From assembly GCA_038818725.1 (NCBI GenBank), contig JAWAYL010000003.1, positions 1,791 through 65,790 of the forward strand: a stretch of DNA of 64,000 bases. The letters run 5' to 3'. The notes beneath the pieces are model-generated. The model made no database searches and was not told the DNA's origin. It saw nothing but the letters and a program-made list of their open reading frames with translations. The translations under genes were made by a program, and so were the position numbers. This DNA comes from Thermoplasmatota archaeon. Its GTDB lineage: Archaea; Thermoplasmatota; E2; UBA202; JdFR-43. Of the stretch, positions 60,301 to 64,000 are shown in pieces (positions within the stretch are counted from its first letter, which is position 1; each line of letters begins with the position of its first letter).

Positions 60301-62523
60301 CTACATGCTCAATATCTTGTAGATGATACAAATATTTATATCCTGAATGGGATAGCTGGTGACCCGATCGGAAATAATTTAACCATAGGCATCTCAAGTG
60401 GTGACGGGGCAAACAATCAGAATTGGCCATCTGGAATAAATCCGATAGGAGGAGCTACGCCGGTATTTCAATATTCTGGCTCATCTTATTATGGAGGAAT
60501 AAAATACGCTGGAACATATAAAGTAGTTTATTTCTCATTTGGTTTTGAAGCAATTAATAGTATGGCTCATAGAACAGAAGTTATGAGCAGAATAATGAAC
60601 TGGTTTGGGGGAGGAGGAAATGTATCAGATATTTATATAAATCCGTTGAATCTTGCATATGTAGTTGGAAGAGGAGAAATAATACATGAAAATATCGTGA
60701 TCGGAAATTCAATAAATGCAACAAGGAATCTGACATTTTCAATATCCTTACCACATGGCTTTATATTGCAATGGACTCATCAGCACGGCGGCGACGGCCA
60801 CTCAGAACTCGCCCAACCAGTAGGAGATATAGACGAAGATGGAATAAATGAATTTATTATTGGAGGATATGGAAGTGGAGGAACTTATATCTTTTCATAT
60901 GATTCATATAGTAAAACATATGTGCAAGAACATTTCTGGACACATGCTGGTGGCTCCTATAATGTGCCTTCTGGAGCTTGTGTTGTTGATTTAGATGATA
61001 ATGGTGACCTTGAGTTTGTGGTTTCGTGGGAATATAGTGGAGCAAATGGAATTCATGCTTATGATTGGAATGGAACAACGCTTACGGAGCTTGCGTGGTA
61101 TACAGGCACAGGATACGAGTTTGCATATGATGTTTATGCGTGTGATTATGACGACGATGGAGATGTTGAAGTGCTAATTGCAAATAGACCATCTTCTTCC
61201 ACTGGCTATCATGTTACTGCTTTAAGATGGAATAATACAACAAATCAATTTGAGAGAGAAATTTCATGGGGCAGTGGTCAAGCAACAGAATGTCCAATGG
61301 TATGGAGTGGAGATACTGATGGAGACGGAAAAACTGAAGTTATTGCAAGTGCTGGTACAAATACTGTATATGCTTTAAATTATCAGAACGGGAGTTGGCT
61401 GGCTACTATAGTTGCAAGTGGTCTGCCAGCTCATCCGTACGGTGTGGCATGCGGTGATTTAGATAGTGATGGGATAGATGAAATTGCTTTCGGATTAGAT
61501 GGAACACAGGCTTATATATACAAATGGAATGCAACATCTTCATCTTATCAACAGGTCTGGTACTATAATTATGCAGGAGAAAGTGATATTATAGAAGGAG
61601 TTGCAATTGGAGATGTAGATAATGATGGGCTAAAAGAAGTGGTTATTGGTCCAACTTATTTACACATTGTTAAATGGAATGGAACAGCATACAAAGAAGT
61701 TGCTACAATAACTGAAACCCAAGGAATGCTCGCTGGAGTAAATGTTGGAGATTTTGACAGCGATGGGAAAAATGAAATTAAAGCTTGTGACATTTTATCA
61801 GATGTGGGTAAGGAATGGATATTTGAGTATATAGAAGAGCCAAATTGGATTTTAATAAATCCAACGAATGGAACACTTCAGCCTGGACAAGAAATAAATA
61901 TATCTCTAACTATCAATACAGCAAATCTTGAGAATTTAACAAAAATTTATTTGCAGATAAATACAAATGATCCAGATGAAGCTATAATCCGCCTACCACT
62001 CTATATTTCTGTATTAAATGAAATAACCCATAACTTCTCCTTAGTTAATCCTTGGAACTTAATTACAATTCCAGTTTTAGCAAATTTAACTGCAAAAAGC
62101 TTAATTGAAAATATCTCAGCTTGTAATGTTGTTGTAAGATGGGATCCAATAAATCAAAGCTATAAAATATATACAGCAGGAATGCCAGAGCAATATAATT
62201 TTGCTTTAATTCCAGGAAATGGCTATTTTGTTGGATTAAATAATCAAGCAAATTACTCAATTACAGGAATGCCAATAAGTAGTGTAGAAGTAAATTTAAG
62301 TGTTGGATGGAATATGATAGGATGGTTTAAAGATTCAACAAATGCAAAGAGCTTAATGCAAAATATAACATCATGCAATATTGTATGCAAATGGGATGCA
62401 ATAAATCAGAAATATAAAGTATATGTGCAGGGAATGCCAGATTCATATAACTTTGCTATAAACAGAGGAGATGGAGTATTTGTAAGCGTTACTCAGCCAA
62501 GCATATGGCATGGAGAGGGATAA
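57358..62523 (+). CDS. Giant (1721 aa) secreted multidomain protein with many domains (listed in evidence)
   Basis: Domains: C25-like peptidase region, two CARDB-like domains, an alpha/beta module, seven FG-GAP/VCBS repeats, and two novel C-terminal tandem repeats. Signal peptide MAAYKKMGIIFLSILMLTSTFPVYSG. Candidate His AHANEHM and Cys DYGCHCGD. FG-GAP motifs GDIDEDGINE, VDLDDNGDLE, CDYDDDGDVE, GDTDGDGKTE, GDLDSDGIDE, GDVDNDGLKE, GDFDSDGKNE. Confidence 0.8.
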   Translation: MIEMAAYKKMGIIFLSILMLTSTFPVYSGSSRGENLENSETLLYKINFPEPSLKEIEVNGKEFTIVEIPDCINTGKSGAPSLPVYGVQILLPYGSELEEVKVKGEKTAISTNLRGKPVFPYQEPVPIGYKGKEFFIDENAYKIEKYPEKIYDVIGVGYCRGYAILAMNLFPVEYYPVEGELFYYPLIEIELKLNKNGYVNEFYRNNPNDRSYVASLVINPEILDSYKVKSVFEYPGGICDPSQNYDYVIITRQALANFSGNYTWAHFIARKQAEGIQAIVVTVEDIVACQAYWNTTPIFNDTPAKIREFLRDAYIDWGIEYVLIAGDNDGSAMVQRRLLHYGTGAYAENVDSDLYWSNLDNTFNSDMDSQWGESDDSGFDLYSELFIGSIPCDTGTDISNWLTKSFYYADSMEKDYLENVGFYGGDTGWACQGDDFMDFTLYGTNNWLGPDPNYDGPWPSWLGFLYGFDTWNLSNPGMEFNTSVRWTAEPPNQGWQGGSESAAIAGLRNAINNNLCAIINGIAHANEHMSLDVYDTEWESQYFNTKPFFIHDYGCHCGDMDATDDGVLHSMLFHSNIELAFACVYNTGYGWGNYYSTNSSSALQQKLFWDYMLNTSKCGGVINWRLGKAQAYSKDAMAPTINWDPGYETWRGIIESCLLFGDPHQLIKPPELPEHNVGVVSLKVDDHVLPGEQVYINATIINSGLNNETNVIVRCRINETEIGNITIPFFQSQTMQEVSFLWIPAMGWYNVVINVTIPGVEENITVDNEKSKVVVAGPDVAVSSIDTPVFASVGTITEIKATLSNLGKEDEIVTVKIVVNNVTVDNISLILQGRRTENISLLWNPTYEGFYPVKIEVLCANDVYPENNFRSNNVNVVTALGYVLLVDDDKGDNYEIYYENALMAAGYVYTLWNRDAQGVPSPSYMATFTAVVWFTGDDYTTTLTAEDINALTTYLNNGGKLFITGQDIGFDINTDPFYSNYLHAQYLVDDTNIYILNGIAGDPIGNNLTIGISSGDGANNQNWPSGINPIGGATPVFQYSGSSYYGGIKYAGTYKVVYFSFGFEAINSMAHRTEVMSRIMNWFGGGGNVSDIYINPLNLAYVVGRGEIIHENIVIGNSINATRNLTFSISLPHGFILQWTHQHGGDGHSELAQPVGDIDEDGINEFIIGGYGSGGTYIFSYDSYSKTYVQEHFWTHAGGSYNVPSGACVVDLDDNGDLEFVVSWEYSGANGIHAYDWNGTTLTELAWYTGTGYEFAYDVYACDYDDDGDVEVLIANRPSSSTGYHVTALRWNNTTNQFEREISWGSGQATECPMVWSGDTDGDGKTEVIASAGTNTVYALNYQNGSWLATIVASGLPAHPYGVACGDLDSDGIDEIAFGLDGTQAYIYKWNATSSSYQQVWYYNYAGESDIIEGVAIGDVDNDGLKEVVIGPTYLHIVKWNGTAYKEVATITETQGMLAGVNVGDFDSDGKNEIKACDILSDVGKEWIFEYIEEPNWILINPTNGTLQPGQEINISLTINTANLENLTKIYLQINTNDPDEAIIRLPLYISVLNEITHNFSLVNPWNLITIPVLANLTAKSLIENISACNVVVRWDPINQSYKIYTAGMPEQYNFALIPGNGYFVGLNNQANYSITGMPISSVEVNLSVGWNMIGWFKDSTNAKSLMQNITSCNIVCKWDAINQKYKVYVQGMPDSYNFAINRGDGVFVSVTQPSIWHGEG

Positions 62524-62524
62524 A

Positions 62525-64000
62525 ATGAGAAAAATTATAGCAATTTTTGTTTTCTTCTCCATCTTTCTCTTATCTTTTTTAAATTTTTCTACAGGAGGAA
62601 GCCAAATTAAGAGGAGCAACTTAACTATTAATGCCTTTAACAATGGTGAAAAAATATTGATTGACTTAAAAATAGAAAAATTTGATTCTCAACAAATAGA
62701 AATAGATGGAAAAAGATATTACAAGGTTGGTATTGAAAAGGAAGGAAAAATAATGGAAAAGGGTTATCCAGAGCTTCCCAAGATATGTAGGAGTGTTATA
62801 ATTCCTGATAATATGGAGATGGAGGCAAGGATAATAGATGCAAAATTTATAGAATATGAAAATATAGATGTTGCACCTTCTAAGGGAAGCATTCTCCGAA
62901 CTATAGATCCAGATGAAGTTGAATATGAATTTGGAGAGATATATAAGGAAGATAAATGGTATCCTGGAAATATAGTAAATTTAAGGGAGCCATATATCTT
63001 AAGAGATTTTAGAGGGCAAACAGTGGAGATTTATCCTCTTCAGTATAATCCAGTTCAGAAGAAACTAAGATTTTATACTGATATAACCTTAGAAATATAT
63101 CCAAAAGAGGAAGGAGGAGCAAATGTGTATGAGAGAACAAAACCGCTTGAAAAAATTGATAGAGAGTTCAATGAAATTTACAAGAAACATTTTATAAATT
63201 ATAACAGTGCCAAATATATTCCTGTTGAAGAGGATGGAGGAATGCTTATAATATGTTATGATAGTTTTTACTCCTCAATGCTTCCCTTGGTTAGATGGAA
63301 AAACATGAAAGGGATACCAACTGAAATAGTAAATTTATCTGCTATAGGAAATACTCCAACTGCTATAAAAAATTATATCGTAAATTACTACAATACCCAT
63401 GATTTAACTTTTGTTTTGCTTGTTGGAGATGCCCAGCAAGTGCCAAGCATGTCTGCTGGAGGATATGCTTCTGATCCAAGCTATTCATATATAGTTGGAA
63501 ATGATCATTACCCAGATTTATTTGTTGGAAGATTTTCCGCTCAAAATATAGCCCAAGTTGAAACACAGGTAAATAGGAGCATAAATTACGAGAAATACCC
63601 ACAAATAGCAAATTGGTATAGCAAAGGAGTTGGAATAGCATCATCGCAAGGACCAGGAGATGACAATGAATACGACTATCAGCATATAAGAAATATAAGA
63701 AATAAATTACTCAATTACACCTATATCCAAGTTGATGAGTTATATGATGGTTCTCAGGGCGGAGAAGATGCGCCTGGCAATCCAACGCCGAGCATGGTTG
63801 CATCATCTATAAATGCTGGAAGGGGGATAATAAATTATTGCGGGCATGGAAGTGCAACTTCATGGACTACATCTGGATTTAGCAATAGCGATGTAAATTC
63901 TCTCCTAAATGATAATATGCTTCCTTTTATATGGTCTGTTGCTTGTGATAACGGAAAGTTTGATACATATGATACATGTTTTGCGGAAGCATGGCTGAGA
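62525..64000 (+). CDS. Peptidase C25 (gingipain-like) family protein, 3'-truncated by the window end
   Basis: Starts 1 nt after the giant ORF. Signal peptide. YLLLVGDAQQVP, DLFVGRFSAQN, NYCGHGSATSW (His) and IWSVACDNGKF (Cys) with gingipain-like 33-aa His-Cys spacing. Confidence 0.8.
   Translation, partial: MRKIIAIFVFFSIFLLSFLNFSTGGSQIKRSNLTINAFNNGEKILIDLKIEKFDSQQIEIDGKRYYKVGIEKEGKIMEKGYPELPKICRSVIIPDNMEMEARIIDAKFIEYENIDVAPSKGSILRTIDPDEVEYEFGEIYKEDKWYPGNIVNLREPYILRDFRGQTVEIYPLQYNPVQKKLRFYTDITLEIYPKEEGGANVYERTKPLEKIDREFNEIYKKHFINYNSAKYIPVEEDGGMLIICYDSFYSSMLPLVRWKNMKGIPTEIVNLSAIGNTPTAIKNYIVNYYNTHDLTFVLLVGDAQQVPSMSAGGYASDPSYSYIVGNDHYPDLFVGRFSAQNIAQVETQVNRSINYEKYPQIANWYSKGVGIASSQGPGDDNEYDYQHIRNIRNKLLNYTYIQVDELYDGSQGGEDAPGNPTPSMVASSINAGRGIINYCGHGSATSWTTSGFSNSDVNSLLNDNMLPFIWSVACDNGKFDTYDTCFAEAWLR

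Overview
This is a low-GC (about one third G+C by eye) archaeal chromosomal segment, densely coded on both strands. Archaeal identity rests on these genes: aIF2 alpha/gamma, L44e, S27e, S17e, L7Ae-S28e-L24e-NDK, S6e, Sec61-beta, Dph2/Dph5, RFC large subunit, MfnA, RibL, archaeal riboflavin synthase, ThiDN, PAC2, Trm5. Housekeeping is conventional, but five things stand out. (1) Three intron-containing tRNAs (Gly-TCC, His-GTG, Gly-GCC) carry a 44-45 nt insertion at the same T-loop position (about 59/60); the insertions are nearly or exactly identical in sequence. (2) There are at least four gingipain-like (peptidase C25) secreted proteins, including a 1721-aa giant with CARDB, FG-GAP and novel C-terminal tandem repeats; the 5'-truncated first ORF may be a fifth. 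(3) A cluster encodes a class II aaRS-like protein (resembling the atypical methanogen-type SerRS), an adenylate-forming LuxE/PaaK-like enzyme, a transglutaminase-like Cys-His-Asp protein and a Mut7-C RNase. (4) A truncated PdxS homolog lacks both catalytic lysines. (5) A PKD/beta-propeller surface protein ends in a PGF-CTERM-like sorting tail and is followed by an A24 prepilin-type peptidase and then a response-regulator/P-loop ATPase pair. Bacterial-type enzymes (class II HMG-CoA reductase, GpmI-type phosphoglycerate mutase, QueF) and the extracellular C25 peptidase arsenal suggest a Thermoplasmata-like, protein-degrading sediment archaeon; this is inference only. No CRISPR array, rRNA or obvious transposase was seen.
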